Shown here: positions 38,825 to 52,258 of the stretch, in pieces
Layout: every line of letters starts with the position of its first letter
Numbering within the stretch: position 1 is the stretch's first letter
Source: Eledone cirrhosa
Taxonomy: Eukaryota
Reading direction: 5' to 3'
NCBI GenBank assembly: GCA_964016885.1
Contig: OZ024741.1
Coordinates: 282,844,001 to 282,908,000, forward strand
Length of the DNA: 64,000 bases
Notes under the pieces: generated by a model
Databases searched by the model: none
Told to the model about the DNA's origin: nothing
Seen by the model: the letters and a program-made list of their open reading frames with translations, nothing else
Position numbers and translations under genes: made by a program

Positions 38825-41067
38825 TCATCATCATCATGATCATCATCACCGTTTTACGTCCGTTCTTCCACGCTAGCATGGGTTAGACGGGTTGTCCCAT
38901 TGTGGGCAGTGTCGAGTCGGCTGACCTTGTCTTGCTCATACAGGAACTGATTGTGGCTTGATTCTACAGCCGGATGCCCTTCCTAACATCAACCTCATTT
39001 ACAGTGAGTGATGGGTGCTTTTTTTCCGTGGCGCCTACACGTCTACTTCACAGTGTGGGCTGGGTGCTTTTTTGCCGTGGCACCTCCACGACCACATTGC
39101 AATGGGGGGGGGGGGCGTATTGTCTATATGCTTCAGCTTCGGCTTGTTCCTGTGGGAAGTCGGGTCTTCTGTATTACTGCGTGACGTCAGAGCTCACGGT
39201 CGTGTGTCATTGCCCTTGAGAGGTGTAATTGGGTAAGGTTGGCTTTTATCCCCTCATCCCAGGTCTTCTTGGATCTCCCCACTCTGTGGATTCCATCGAC
39301 TTCTAGTGCTCTGCACCTTTTTATGCAACTGTCATCCTTCATACGCATCACATGTCCATACCAACGCAACCGCCTCTCCTGCACACAGCATTTGATTCCT
39401 CTTATGCTCAGTCTCTCTCTCAATTCATTTATGCTTTGCCGTTCGCCTATATTACTATTACACATTCATCGGACCATACACACTTCGTTTCTTTCTAATC
39501 TGCGACAGTCTTCTACAGACAGCGCCTAGGTCTCACTACCATGTAACATTGCTGCTCCTATACACTCATCATACAGTTTACTTTTCATTTTGAGGGAAAA
39601 ACCTTTTGCAGCTAGCAGTGGCAGCAACTCCCTGAACTTCTTCCATCCTGTTCTTACCCTAGCTATTGTACTTTCCGAACACCCACCTCCACTGCTAATT
39701 CGGTCACCTAGGTAGCAGAAGCTGTCTACTGTTTCTACAGAGCCCTCCCAGAGTTTAATGGTGCTTGTTTCCTGTGGCTGTTGGCTGCTTGCTGTCCCAG
39801 CACAGCTGCTACATGTGAAGCCTACATTCTTAGTTAAGCTTCCTGAAATTCCACTACATCTCTTGTGTACCCATTGTTTGCATTTGGGGAAGAGAATGGA
39901 GTTCCTACCTACACCTTTCCTACATACTGAGCAAGGCTCTGTTTTCTTGTCTACTTACAAGGACCTTAGTCTTTGTCAGGTTGACTTTGAGACCCTTTCT
40001 TTCTAGTCTTTGCTTCCATATTTGGAATTTCTTCTCTAGTTCTACCATAGATTCATCTATAAGTGTGAGGTCATCTGCATACAGGAGTTCTCATGGGCAT
40101 CCGGTCTTAAACTCCTCCGTTATTGCCTGGAAAACTATGATGAACAGGAGGAGGCTAAGAACAGAGCCCTGGTGGACACCAACCTGTATGCTAAATTCCT
40201 TGCTATAGTCATTGCTAACTCTAACTTTTCTGACTGCTCCCCTATACATGGCTTGTACAGCTTTCACAAGCCATTCATCTACTCCTAGTTTTCTAAGAGC
40301 CCACTAGATTATAGCATGGGGAACTCTGTCAAAGGCTTTCTCGAGATCGACGAATGTTAGGTAGAGCGGCTTACTTTTAGCTAGGTACTTTTCCTGTAAC
40401 TGCCTCACAAGGAAGAGGGCATCAGTGGTGCCTTTTCCTGGCACAAACCCAAATTGCATCTCATCTAGTTTCACCCGGTCCCTAATCAACTGTTCTATAA
40501 CTCTTTCTGTTACTTTCATGACCTGGTCCATCAGCTTTAAACCTCTATAGTTTCCTCTATCTAGTGCATCACCTTTACCCTTGTAGCAGTTGACAATGAT
40601 GCTGCTGCACCAATCCTTCTAGTATTACCTGGTTAACAATATATGTGGTTATGGTATGACCTACCGACCCAGATGCCTTCAGCATCTCGGCAGCTATACC
40701 CGATGGACCGGTTGCCTTCCCCGTTTTCATATCTTTGATTGCCTTACTTACTACGCTGACTTGTACTGCTGGCCCCTCTACAGGGTCTACTTGGGGTCTA
40801 CTTGGCATTCTCCTTATTTAGTAATCCTAATTTAGTAATCTCCTCATTTAGTAATCTTTCATAACGGCACTTGTGAGGGCAAGCTCACCATCATCATTCC
40901 GGATACACTTCTCTCCAATGAAATCACAATTCTCTCTGACACACTGTCTTGCAATCTTGAACACCTCCTGTTTCTGGTCCTCACGTTGCAAAACATGCTA
41001 GAATTTTCTATCCTCTGCTCCCTTCTAGCTAAGTATACTTGTCGTCTAGCTTCCCTCCTGGTCTCTA
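38825..41067 (-). mobile_element. RTE-clade LINE (RT and 3' end with (TGA)n tail), decayed
   Basis: KATGPSGIAAEML, MQFGFVPGKGTTDA, FVDLEKAFDRVP, GVHQGSVLS, LYADDL, RRLRWYGHVMRM. Confidence 0.88.
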
Positions 41068-41625
41068 TGAAATGAAGAAGGCTTCAGGCCTCTGGAATTA
41101 TGCGACGCCAATGACATGTCGATATGTAACACAAACTTCAAAAAACCTGACAACCACCTGATCACCTATAGATCAGGGCAGAATTCTAGTCAGATAGATT
41201 TTATCCTCACCAGAGAGCGTGATAGATGAACGGTTGTAAACACAAAAGCCTTCCCTGGTGAGGAATGTACCTCCCAACATAACTTGGTTGTCAGCAACCA
41301 CAAGGTCAAAACTAGATGAACTTGGAAACAGAAGGCAACCTGGGGAAGAAAGATCTGGAAGCTGAAAGACCCCTCAGTCAGTAACAGGTTTAAAGATATT
41401 CTACTCGACCCTATTACAGTAAAGAAGAACAGATAGATACATTCAATGTAGAAGAGCAGTGGGAGTTCCTAAAAAATAACTTACTAAAGGCGACGGACAA
41501 GATTTGTGGTTGGAACAAGTCCACAGGGAGGAGGAGAGTGACTTGGTGGTGGAACAATAAGGTAGATGAGGCAGTTAAGGCTAAGAGACAGGCATGGAAA
41601 GAATGGAAGAATGGGGGTAGCAGGG
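41068..41625 (+). mobile_element. Inverted 5' segment of the same RTE LINE
   Basis: SQIDFILTR, SQH.LVV and TWWWNNKVDEAVKAKRQAWKEWKNGGSR, which continues into ETRREARRQVY at the start of the minus-strand segment. Confidence 0.8.
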
Positions 41626-43109
41626 TATATATATATATTTATATGTACTTACATACATATATTCGACAGGCTTCTACACAGTTTCCGACCACCCAATTTC
41701 ACTTACAAGGCATTGGTTTAGCCATGGCTATAGTAGAAGACATGTCGAAATTACTACGCAGTAAGACTGTGGGATTGAACCTGAAACTATGTGGTTGCAA
41801 GGTGAATTTCTGAGTCGTACAATCATGCCTGTGCTAAGTATTTATCATTTTTCAAGAAGACTAAAGTTTTTTTTTTTCAAATTGATGAAGCAAGTAACCA
41901 TTAAAAATTGTAATAATTAGCTTCCTTTCTGGTCTTGGCTTCACTTACAAATTATTGATTTTTTAATTATTGATTTCTATGTTTTGCAGCTTTTTTTTTA
42001 TAAACATCTAGGGCATATTAATGATTTTTTTCCCCAAAAATTGTATTATTTTTAGTTTTAAACTATTCCATACTCTATTTATATCCACCTTTAATTGGCT
42101 CTTTGATAATAAGCTTAAACTATCTCATTTGCATTTAATATAAGCCACTGTGAACAAGGCATGGCATGGCCAACTGGCCAGACCCTCCTCATAATGGTGA
42201 CACCCAGCTCGACAGTTAACGTGGTTGGTGTTCGGAAGGGCATCCACAGCTATAAAAACCCAGCCAACACACAGTCCTGATATGTGCAAGGTATGGTGCA
42301 ACCATCTGACCAGACTTGTCTCATAACGGTCCCACCCAATTCCTCACAGTAAACATGGTTGGCAGTAGGAAAAGCATCCTGCAGCCGAAAAAACCCAATT
42401 GTAACATGGCCCCACTATGAGCAAGAGATGGCGACCTCCCCCATAATGGGACCACCCAGCTCCCAAAATACGATTCCACTGTGAGCAGGATACAGTATGG
42501 CCAACTGGCCAGACCCTTCCCATAACGGTGAATCAAGTCAAGTACTAAGGTTGATTCTTACTCGATATCTCTTTCTCTCTCTCACCCTCTCTTTCCTTCC
42601 CTGGAAGAAATCTGTAGTATTCAGACATGGAAAGGATTGGGTTCCGCCATGTTTAAAAATGCCCTAGAAATGCTGTATGTCAATACGGTACCCCTACAAC
42701 TCCCTTGGGAGTTATGGGATCACTCATGCATGCATATTTATATACACCTCAGTCTGTAAATCATTAAAATTTACACATACTCACAATGGGTTTCCTATCT
42801 CAACTATAATAAGTTAGTCATATATTTAATCCTGTATGTCATTTTCATATATATGCTGAAAATTTATATAAATATATCCCAGAAATAAGTTATGACAATA
42901 TCATTCTTATCTTTAATCACTTCCACATGTCAGTAATTCAAATAAACTATAAGGTTTCTTTTATACAATCCATTAATTTATCAAACCATTAAATTTCCCA
43001 GTTTGTATGATTGTTCATCTATCCAGTAATCCTGGTATGGTATATCAATCTTGAACTCCAAAATCTAAGTACATTCAACGATAATGCTGTCATTATACAA
43101 GCAATAACA

Positions 43110-43607
43110 GTGTCTAATTTAGGCCCCAAGCCAGCAATTTTAGGAGAAGGGGAAGTGAATTAAATTGACCTTAGTACTTGACTGGTATTTCATTTCATAA
43201 AACTGCAGAAGGCTAAAAAGGTGGCAGGATTTGAACGCAGAACATAAAGGGACTTAACTAAACGTGCAAAGCATTTTGCCTGATGCTCTGACAATTCTAC
43301 TAATCCACCACCCTAATTATTGACATAAGAATGTGCTTCGTATTGTGAATTTTATAATACATGCTCTCAGATAAACATACATGTAATAATTGTTTCAGAT
43401 TTAGGCACAAGGCCAGCAATTTGTGGGGAGAGGAACGTCAATTAAATCAACCCCCAGTTCGTGACTGGTGAGTTATTTTATCGTCTCCGTAAGGATGAAA
43501 GGCAAAGCTAACCTTGGCAAGATTTGAACTCAGAAGTAAAGAGATGTAACTTTAAGCTACACAGCATGTTGATCAGCACCCTACTGATACTGCCAATCCA
43601 CCACCAT
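43110..43607 (-). mobile_element. Two family A SINEs in tandem
   Basis: Copies at about 43110-43315 and 43395-43607. Confidence 0.8.
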
Positions 43608-44164
43608 AAACATACATGCAATAATGAAAGCACACATACATAAGAATTATTATGAAATAATATCAGTGGTATAATTGAGATTGTAAATACTTTCATTATG
43701 GAAATCTGAAGATCAAATTTAAAAAGAAATAGCAAATTCTTCCGCTTTTTAAAAACATTTATTATTTGAACTGTTGGTTCTCTTTGGCACACATTACAAT
43801 TAAGGCAGTGGAAAAGCAAATCTAACCTGTTTTGAAGAAAATAACATGCATTACTAATGTTGCTATTGTTCTAAAGTTACTTCATAGATATTTATTGCCG
43901 TTTGTGTACTGATTTGTTCAGAAAGAATGGAAATATTCAATAAAGAAAGTATATTCAATAAAATGAAAGACTTCCACAATGAGAATATTTACAATCTCGA
44001 TTATATAGCTCATATCTTTCTATACTTAAGATACATAACTGTCTATTTGCTAGGTTAATTTTCACCAGTTGTCCCAAAGTAACAGTCAAATGTCTTTCAA
44101 ATCATATCGCATTGGATAATTGCTACATTTTTTATATTGGTACATTAATTGAATTTTATATGTA

Positions 44165-44310
44165 AGATGCAGTGAATTGGCAGAGTCGTTAGAATGTCGG
44201 ATAGAATGCTTTGCAGTATTCGTTCTGATTCTCGCTTTCTAAATTCAAAACCTGCAGAGGTCAACATAGCTTTTCATTCTGTTGCTGCCAATAAAATAAG
44301 TACTGGTGTC
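44165..44310 (+). mobile_element. Family A SINE leading directly into a minisatellite
   Basis: Head TGGCAGAGTCGTTAGA and core CTTTTCATTC...AATAAAATAAGTAC. Confidence 0.75.
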
Positions 44311-44319
44311 AAAATGCCT

Positions 44320-45985
44320 CATAGACTGGGGTGCACAGTTTGTCACTCCCTACCACAGCTGAGGCATATCATCTAGACTGGGGTGTAGAATCTGCTACTC
44401 CCACCCAAAGCTGAGATATACTACCTGGACTGAGGTGTAGAGTCAACCACTCCCTCACACACTGAGATGTACCACCTAGACTGGGGTGTACAGTCTGCCA
44501 CTCCCTCCCACAGCTGAGATATACCACCTTGATTGGGTTGTACAGTCAGTCACACACAGCTGAGAAATTAATCCTAGACTTGGGAATACAGTCTGCCACT
44601 CCTAGCACAGCTGAGATATATCACATAGACTGGACTGTAGAGTCTGCTCCTCCCACCCACAACTAAGATATACCACCTAGACTGGAGTGTTGAGTCTGTC
44701 ACTAAATCCTCCACAGCTGAGATATACCATAGACTGGGGAGTAGAATCTGTCACCCACAGCTGAAATATAGCACATAGACAGGGTGTAGAAAAACACACA
44801 CCCCCCTCCACAGCTGAGATATACAGCCTACTAGATAGGAGTCTAACATCTGCCATGCCATCCCACAGCTGCGACATACCACTTAGACTGGGGTGTGTAG
44901 CGAAATCTCTTCATGCCTACTGACCCCCCCCCCTTCCCGAATGACATCTGGCTGCTATTTCTTATTATCTTGGTTAGTGTCAGTTGTCTGGATTGGCTGG
45001 TTAACTTGAGGTGAAATGAGATAAGTTTTTTCTTTGTCTCATTTTGACTCTGGTAACTCGAAAGAGAAGCATCACTTCGACCTGCTCAAGCAAGAAGCAA
45101 GATGTAGCATTTAGCAAAATGTTATGGCCCTGTCGACAAGGGCCCGACAGCAATTCTTCCATCAGCACTTCAACCACACACAGAGAATCATCAGCCTCTT
45201 GATATAGATGACATAGCTTCCTTGCACTGCGAACTTACTACTCATGATACTGACTTGTCACATTCAAATTGAGCATAGCACATTTAAACAAAGATTTTCC
45301 AGTAAAACACAAAGGACTTTCCAAACACTATTCATTAGTGAGTGCTGCCGTCATACTTTATATTTTTATGATTTGAACTAATCATATTCTTTTTCCATTT
45401 TACTAAAGTGAAGTAAAGTTCTATATCTAACCCAAATTATTGTATTTGTTGTGTTTATCCCCATCTTTCATAACAACCACTAACCTCACTTCATGTGTAG
45501 AGATATACCACATTGACTGTTGTGTAGAATTTGTTACTCTTAACCACATCTGAGATATACCACCTAGACTGGGGTGTAGAATCTGTCATTCACAGTTAAG
45601 ATGTACCACCTAGACTGGGGTGTAGAATCTGTCATTCACAGTTAAGATGTACCACCTCAACTGGGGTGTAGAATCTTCCATTTCCTCGCATATAGAGTTT
45701 ACTGCTCCCTCTCACAGCTGAAATATTCCACCTAGACTGGGATGTGGATTCTGTCACTTACAGCTGAGAGATACCACCTAAACTGGGGTGTAGAATCTTA
45801 TATCCCCCCCCCCCCCACAGCTGAGATATACAACCTAGACTGCTATATACCACCTAGACTGGGGGGGGGGGGGGGTAGAGTTGGCCACTCACAACTGAGA
45901 TATACCACCTAGACTGGGATGTAGAATCTGTCACTCACAGTTGATATATAACACCTTGACTGGGGCGTAGAGTCTGTCACTACCA
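44320..45985. repeat. ~43-50-bp minisatellite, interrupted at 44896-45493
   Basis: Unit approximately CACAGCTGAGATATACCACCTAGACTGGGGTGTAGAGTCTGYCACT(CCC); about 20 diverged copies. Confidence 0.9.
44896..45493 (+). mobile_element. Candidate solo LTR
   Basis: TGTAGCGAAATCT...CTTCA termini; interrupts the minisatellite; flanks GGTG/TGTG; same 13-nt start as 47494-48061 (-). Confidence 0.6.
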
Positions 45986-47493
45986 TACCCATTTCCTTTA
46001 TTTTCGCTAAATAATTTTTTTTTTTAATATATATGCAAACTTTGATTATTTAAAAAAAATTCTTTCTTTGATTTTTAAATATATAATTCACATTTATTGG
46101 TGTACATTTTATTCATTCTTCTGATACAGGCGAGATTCGAACATTGTACACATCTTCAAAAAGACAACTAATTTACAGTATTTAGTCCGTGCTCTATTAT
46201 TTCTTCCGACTCTATGCCTTGATCGTTACTTAAAATATTGATGGAGTTAATGATAGGAAGAGACCGAAACACACATTATTAATACACACACACACACAAA
46301 CACGCGCGTGCACTCTGACATACGCACACTGACACACACACACACACACACGTGCACGCTGATACACACATATTCAATAATGCACGCAACAGCAGTAACC
46401 ATTGATCAGTATTGATCAAACTAGGAAGCTGTGTCAGTTTTGATGACGGCGGTTCAGTTTTATGACACAAGTTAACTCTCTTTAAACTGAAAAATATTTT
46501 AACCGTTGTGTGTGTTTGTTAGTTCATTTGTTATAATTTCTACTAAGAATTTAATGATTGCGAAGCAATTAACAAAGAAAATATATACACGATCAAAGAA
46601 TAATAAAGACAAAAGGCTAATACGAGAAAGAAAGAGAAGTGTGGAAGAGAGAGAGATTCGTATATGCGAGGAGATGAAATTCAGCATATGACAAAGGAGA
46701 TATCAATGTAGGCGATAAGAGAAGAGGAAAACAATGTGAAAGACGGGAAGAAAAATATCATTAAAAAAACGAGAGATTGGAACGAAACAAATGAATGAGG
46801 GAAAGTAAGCAAAGAAAAAATATACAAACAAGTGAAACATGCTATGTGTATGAATGATGGCAGCAATGTAGGGAAAAGAGCTGAAGGCGACTTAAGTGAA
46901 TAGAATCATTGGTCTACCATTTTGAAGACAGCTCATCTATTATCGGAGAATTTGAAGAGTTCACTTAGTATGCTCTTTTATAAAAGGAATGAGTCACATT
47001 AATGGTGGCTTTAGTTTATTTCTAGGATACCCGGCGTTGCCCGGTAAATAGAAGCATTGAGTTGATGGTCAATTCGTCGAACGAGAATCATGACAATACC
47101 ACAATTTATTATTATAGGTTGACTTTGCCTTTCATCCTTACGGGGTCGATAAAATAAAGTACCAGTAATGCACTGAGTAATTGCTGGCCTTGTGCCTAAA
47201 GTAGAAACAATTATTATAAATCTAAGGGTGATGGATTAGCAGAGTCGTTAGAGCGTGGGACAAATGTTTAGTCGTATTTCTTTCAGTTCTTTACTTTCTA
47301 AGAACAAATCTCCGTGATATTAACTTTGCGCTTCATCCTCCCGCGGTCGATAAAATAAAGTACCAGTCAAGTACCGGAGTCAATATAATTTGGATTTCTC
47401 TCCCCCACCCTACACACCAAAAAATTACTTGTTTTGTCCCTTAATTAGAAACCACTCCGTAGAGTGCTGGACAACATGCTTAGTGGCATATAG

Positions 47494-48061
47494 TTTAACA
47501 AAGGGTATAAAAAAGATTGTGTTAGATATATTAACACGATTGGTAGATGAAATAACAAGAATAAATGATTTACTTTATATATAAAGGTTTACTTCACTTG
47601 AGTCAAAAAGAAGAATAAATATATTACCACGAGTTGCAAAGGTTGACAATGTTATTTTTGTTGTTGGTTCATGAGGCTGGTTTAGTCTGCGACCAGAAGA
47701 GAAAGAAAGTAATGGTCTGTAGACCTCTGAAAGGTCTGTAGTTGACTGTAGACCACTGTGGCCTGTAGATAGAGGTGAATCTTTCACATAGCTTGTAATA
47801 GAGTACTGATCCGATCGCTCTGTATGTCTGTAGACCTCTGGAGTCTGAAGATAGCGGTGAATCTTTCACATGGCTTGTCTGTATCGTGGTGCTCCGATCT
47901 CTCTGTATGGGAAAATATAGGCTTTATATACCTGTCGCTTTCTGTCTCCCACCTTGAGGGGATAGCCCACGCATGAACCTGTTCACACCAAAAGGGTGGT
48001 GACCTAGAGTTTGACCTTTAGGTGTCACCCAAGGTTTAAGGCGTAGACAGATTTCGCTACA
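47494..48061 (-). mobile_element. Candidate solo LTR inserted in a family A SINE
   Basis: Minus strand begins TGTAGCGAAATCT. SINE head (to 47493) and body (from 48062) rejoin. Flanks ATAG/CTAG; internal ~80-bp duplication. Confidence 0.6.
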
Positions 48062-48924
48062 CTAGTTACGTTCCTCTACGTTCTGAGTTCAAATCCTGTC
48101 GAGGTTTGTTTTGCCTTTCATCCTTACGGGGTCGGTAGAATAAAGTACGAGGCAAGTATTGGAGGTCAAAATAATTTGATTTTCTCTTTCCCTCCAAAAT
48201 TGCTGACCTTGTGCTTAAATCAGAAACCATTATTACAAACTTATGTATGATAGAGATAACAGGATTTTTTTTTTACTTCCAAGATTTGACTTACATATCA
48301 ATAACCCACTATAACACACACACAATCGCACGCACACACACACACACAGAGTATCCTTTAAAAGATGAAGAGTTGATAAAATAAGCATCTGTGAAGTATT
48401 GGAGTCTATTAAACTGAAGTAATACCCCCACCCACAACCATATATGTGTAGACTTTATATCAACGTCTGAAAAATCAATAACACTACTTTTTGTATATGG
48501 GTTTGTGTGTGCATGTGTGTGCACATGTAGGTGTGTGACTGCGTATGTGTGCACTTGTCTGTGCGTGTGCACCTGTGGATGAGTGTGTGTGCGTGTGTGT
48601 GTGCACATGTGGGCATGTGTGTGTGTGCACTTGTTAATGCACATGCACCTGTGGATATGTGTACGTGTGCACATGTGGGTATGTGACTGTGTGTATGTGC
48701 ACTTGTTTGTGCGTGTGTACCTGTGGATGTGGGTATGTGACTGTGTGCGTTTGTGTGTGCACCTATAAGTGTGTGACTATGTGTGTGTGCACATGCGTGT
48801 GTGTGATTATGTGTGGGTGCGCAAGTGTGTATATGCAGTTGTGTCTACTTGTATGTGTGCACCTGTGTGTGTACACCTGAGTGTACGTACCGGTGTGTGT
48901 ACACATGTGTATATGCACCTGTAT

Positions 48925-49430
48925 ATGTCAGGTCACTCTTCAGCGCTACCGGTAACATGTAACCCAGTACAACCTGTACATGGTCGGGTCGTCGCCGACA
49001 AAACTGGCAACTCTACCAAGCTTACTTGGTGAGGAGGGTGATTTGGGACACTCTGCGGGATGAAAAACAAAACCCATCAAAGGGCGGAGGAATTCAGGAG
49101 AGTCAACGGACATCCAATAAAGTATTTTTTTTCTTTTTTCTTTTTGTGGAGTGAGACTCTGATATAAAACCTGTGACTTCCTTTGCACCCAATTATATAG
49201 ACTAGTTTTTCTTTTTGGGCAAATGTATTCGATGTTCAGAGAGTGAGATTGGCTCCACACAAAGCCCTTCCTCACTTAAAAAAGCTTCAAGCACTGACAT
49301 CGCTTGATATATGTGACATTTTTTGTATGGTATTGCTGTCCATAGGCAAGTCCTTAGCAGGACTAAAAAGCGATGTCTGTGATGCTCATGTTTAAGTATC
49401 AAGCGATGGCATTACTCGAAATCGAATGTG
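48925..49430 (+). mobile_element. Family B bipartite RTE-derived element
   Basis: 5' UTR block and 3' ACTCGAAA terminus shared with 30190-30900. Confidence 0.65.
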
Positions 49431-50070
49431 TACCTGTGAGTGTGTACCTGTGTATGTGCATCTGTATGTGTGTGTGCACATGTGTGAGTAGTTGTGTGTG
49501 TGCGAGAGCATTTTATAACCTCGCTAAATTAATTTGTAACTTGGCATTCTTTGAGGATCATTTTACTGTTCTTGTTAGCCCTGGGTCACTGCTCTCAGGC
49601 CATTCCTTTAGACAAAACAAATAAAAAAATTGTCAATTCTGATCGATCAGACCTATGGTCAAAAATATTCTAACTTTGACCATTACATTTTATTGGTGGT
49701 TTGGAGTGGGATGGGCAGTGCTTGACTTAACCTAAAGCTTAGGGCCACACAGCCTTGGGGGCCTTGGATTTTTTAATATATTTTTATTTAACTTTTTGAC
49801 AAATAGCTATCACAATGCAATTGTAACCTAAGCAAACATGAAAGAACAGTCGAACTCCCACTGTCATCGCCTCCATCTCTCTGGCCCTTCCCATCTCTTC
49901 GTATGGTGAGCAAATAGGGCACCACGTGCCGGCCTCCCCACAGCCCCGGCGGACAGAATGGAGAAGGTGTTTCCCCGGAGGATGGTAAGGGAGATGCGCT
50001 GGAAGAGCCATTCCAACTTTTTATTTTATCATTAGTTTTTATTCTTTAACGCCAAATCATCAAAAATTAT

Positions 50071-50159
<89 letters not shown>

Positions 50160-50249
50160 TATATATATATTGAATATATATGAATATATATATATTGTAC
50201 CCCTTCTTCTTCTTATTATTATTATTCATGAGAGTGGATTATTATTCAA

Positions 50250-50443
50250 GGGCGGTGGATTGGCAGTATCGGTAGAGGGTCGGACGCCATGCTTTCCAGC
50301 ATAGTTACGTCCCTTTACGATCTGAGTTCAAATCCCACCGAGGTTGACTTTGCCTTTCATCCTTACGGGGTCGATAAAATAAAGTACCAGTAATGAACTG
50401 GGTAATTGCTGGCCTTGTGCCAAAAGTAGAAACAATTATTATT
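50250..50443 (+). mobile_element. Family A SINE, full length
   Basis: Intact head, core and tail; ATTATTATTCA occurs on both sides. Confidence 0.85.
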
Positions 50444-51940
50444 CATGAGAGGGTCGGAGGCAGATTCCTCAAACACTCCTTCCAGCGGGTCCTGTTAAAA
50501 ACAACCGTCTCCAACTGATCCGCAACTCTTTCATGAGACATTCTAGCCACATGTCCATTGTATCGGAGCTGTTATCTCTCAATTCGAAGAAATAGTGACT
50601 CTACCTGGAATGATTTTCTGATACTCCAAGCTATGCACTCTATCGAGTAACGTTACGCCAAAGACCCTTCGGAGGAACCCCATTTCGGCCGCTTGTATTT
50701 GTGATTGTATTCTTTCGGTCATTACCTAAGATTCATGGTCATATGTAAGGGTTGGAACGGATACCGAATGGAAGATAGAGAGTTTGGCTTTTACGTCTAC
50801 CTCCTTTCTGATTACCGATTGCTGAAACTGACGCATTACTGCACCAGCTCTTGCAATCCTTGCACTTAATTCAGCCTACTGCCTTCCATCACTTGTGAAT
50901 ACGACCTCGAGATACTTGAATTTCTCCACCTGCTTCAGTGGAACTTCATTCACATGTGTAGGCTTCCTTGAGAGGACGAGTGTCTCAGTTTTCGCAGCAC
51001 TGGTTTTCATTCCAGTCATGCAGCACTTGGTATCAAACCTATCAAGTGCATGTCGGAGATAACTTTCTGTTGAGTTAAGAAACACCATGACGTCTGCAAA
51101 TTCTAGCCAACTAATTTTACACCCGCCATCGTAATACCACTTCCAACCCGGCTGCACATGTCAATCCTGTTCATGAAAATAATTGTTTCTACTATTGGCA
51201 CAAGGCCAGCAAATACCCAGTGCATTACTGGTACTTTATTTTATCGACCCCGTAAGGATGAAAGGCAAAGTCAACCTCGGCGGGATTTGAACTCAGACCA
51301 TAAAGGGACGTAATTATGCTGGAAAGCATGGCGTCCGACCCTCTACCGATACTGCCAATCCAATGAAAATAATGAACAGGAGAGGTGACAATATGCACTC
51401 TTGGCGGAGTCCGACTCCCACATTGAATTGTTTCGATTTAGCACCATTTATCCGAACACAAATACTCGGGCATTCGTAAAGAGACACCAAGAGAGCACAG
51501 CAGGTCCCGAGGAACGTGGTCATATGCCTTTTTGAGGTCTAAAAGTGTGAATATTTGGTCGGCTGTGCTATCTCTGGGGCGAAAACCGCACTGTTCATCA
51601 GGTAGCTTTGACTCGACAATCTCTCTGCATCTCTTTGCCAAACACTTAGCATAGACTTTATCGGGGAGGCTTAACAATGAGATCCCTCTGTAATTGGAAC
51701 AATCTTTCTTGTCTCCCTTTTTGAAAATAGGGATCACCATTGTTTAGGAAGCCTTTCTAAAGATCCAGGCCATACACGAGTCAGCCAGAGAATACCTACT
51801 CTATTTAAGGCTTTTGACATCTCGGGCCGGATTTCATCTTCCCCACCGGCCTTGACACATTTGAGCTTTTTTACTGCTCTTGTGACCTCAGCCTCTGAGG
51901 GATTAGTCACCGCCCCCAGATGCATCTCGTGTACATCAGA
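50444..51940 (-). pseudogene. RTE-clade LINE RT, decayed
   Basis: PIFKKGDKKDCSNYRGISLL, EQCGFRP, DLKKAYD.VPR, GLRQECILSPLLF, FADV, FKYL. Confidence 0.88.
51184..51362 (-). mobile_element. Family A SINE inserted in the RTE with 11-bp TSD
   Basis: TSD ATGAAAATAAT at 51173-51183 and 51363-51373. Confidence 0.9.
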
Positions 51941-51969
51941 AGGGCTACAAATTTCATATAGCTTTAAGG

Positions 51970-52258
51970 CAGTCATGGGCAACCTGCGGCCCACGAAGCT
52001 TTCTGAATGGCTCGCCTAAGTCACCTAAGTGAAATCTTTCTGACTTTTTTACCCCAACTTTTCAGTCGTAATTTATCTTTCTATCATTTTTAAGATCGAG
52101 GAAAACAACGTGTATGAATTCTAAAGAAACAAATCAAAACAACATGAGTTACCGCCCTTTTTTAATGTGGCCACGAATGTAAATTAGCGCTTGCGGCCCG
52201 CCTGGTGATAAACCATATCCCATGCGGCCTGCTTCTCGAAAAAGGTTGCCTATGCATG
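51970..52258. mobile_element. hAT-type non-autonomous DNA transposon (MITE)
   Basis: Imperfect TIRs CAGTCATGGGCAACC / GGTTGCCTATGCATG; 8-bp TSD CTTTAAGG / CTTTAGGG. Confidence 0.75.

Noticed and set aside
44320-45985. CRISPR-like regular repeats
   Set aside because: The inter-repeat parts are homologous to each other rather than unique spacers, there are no cas genes, and the context is eukaryotic.
46250-46280. Degenerate ATGATAGG...CCGAAACACACATT motif
   Set aside because: Core lacks CUGA and no convincing stems are present.
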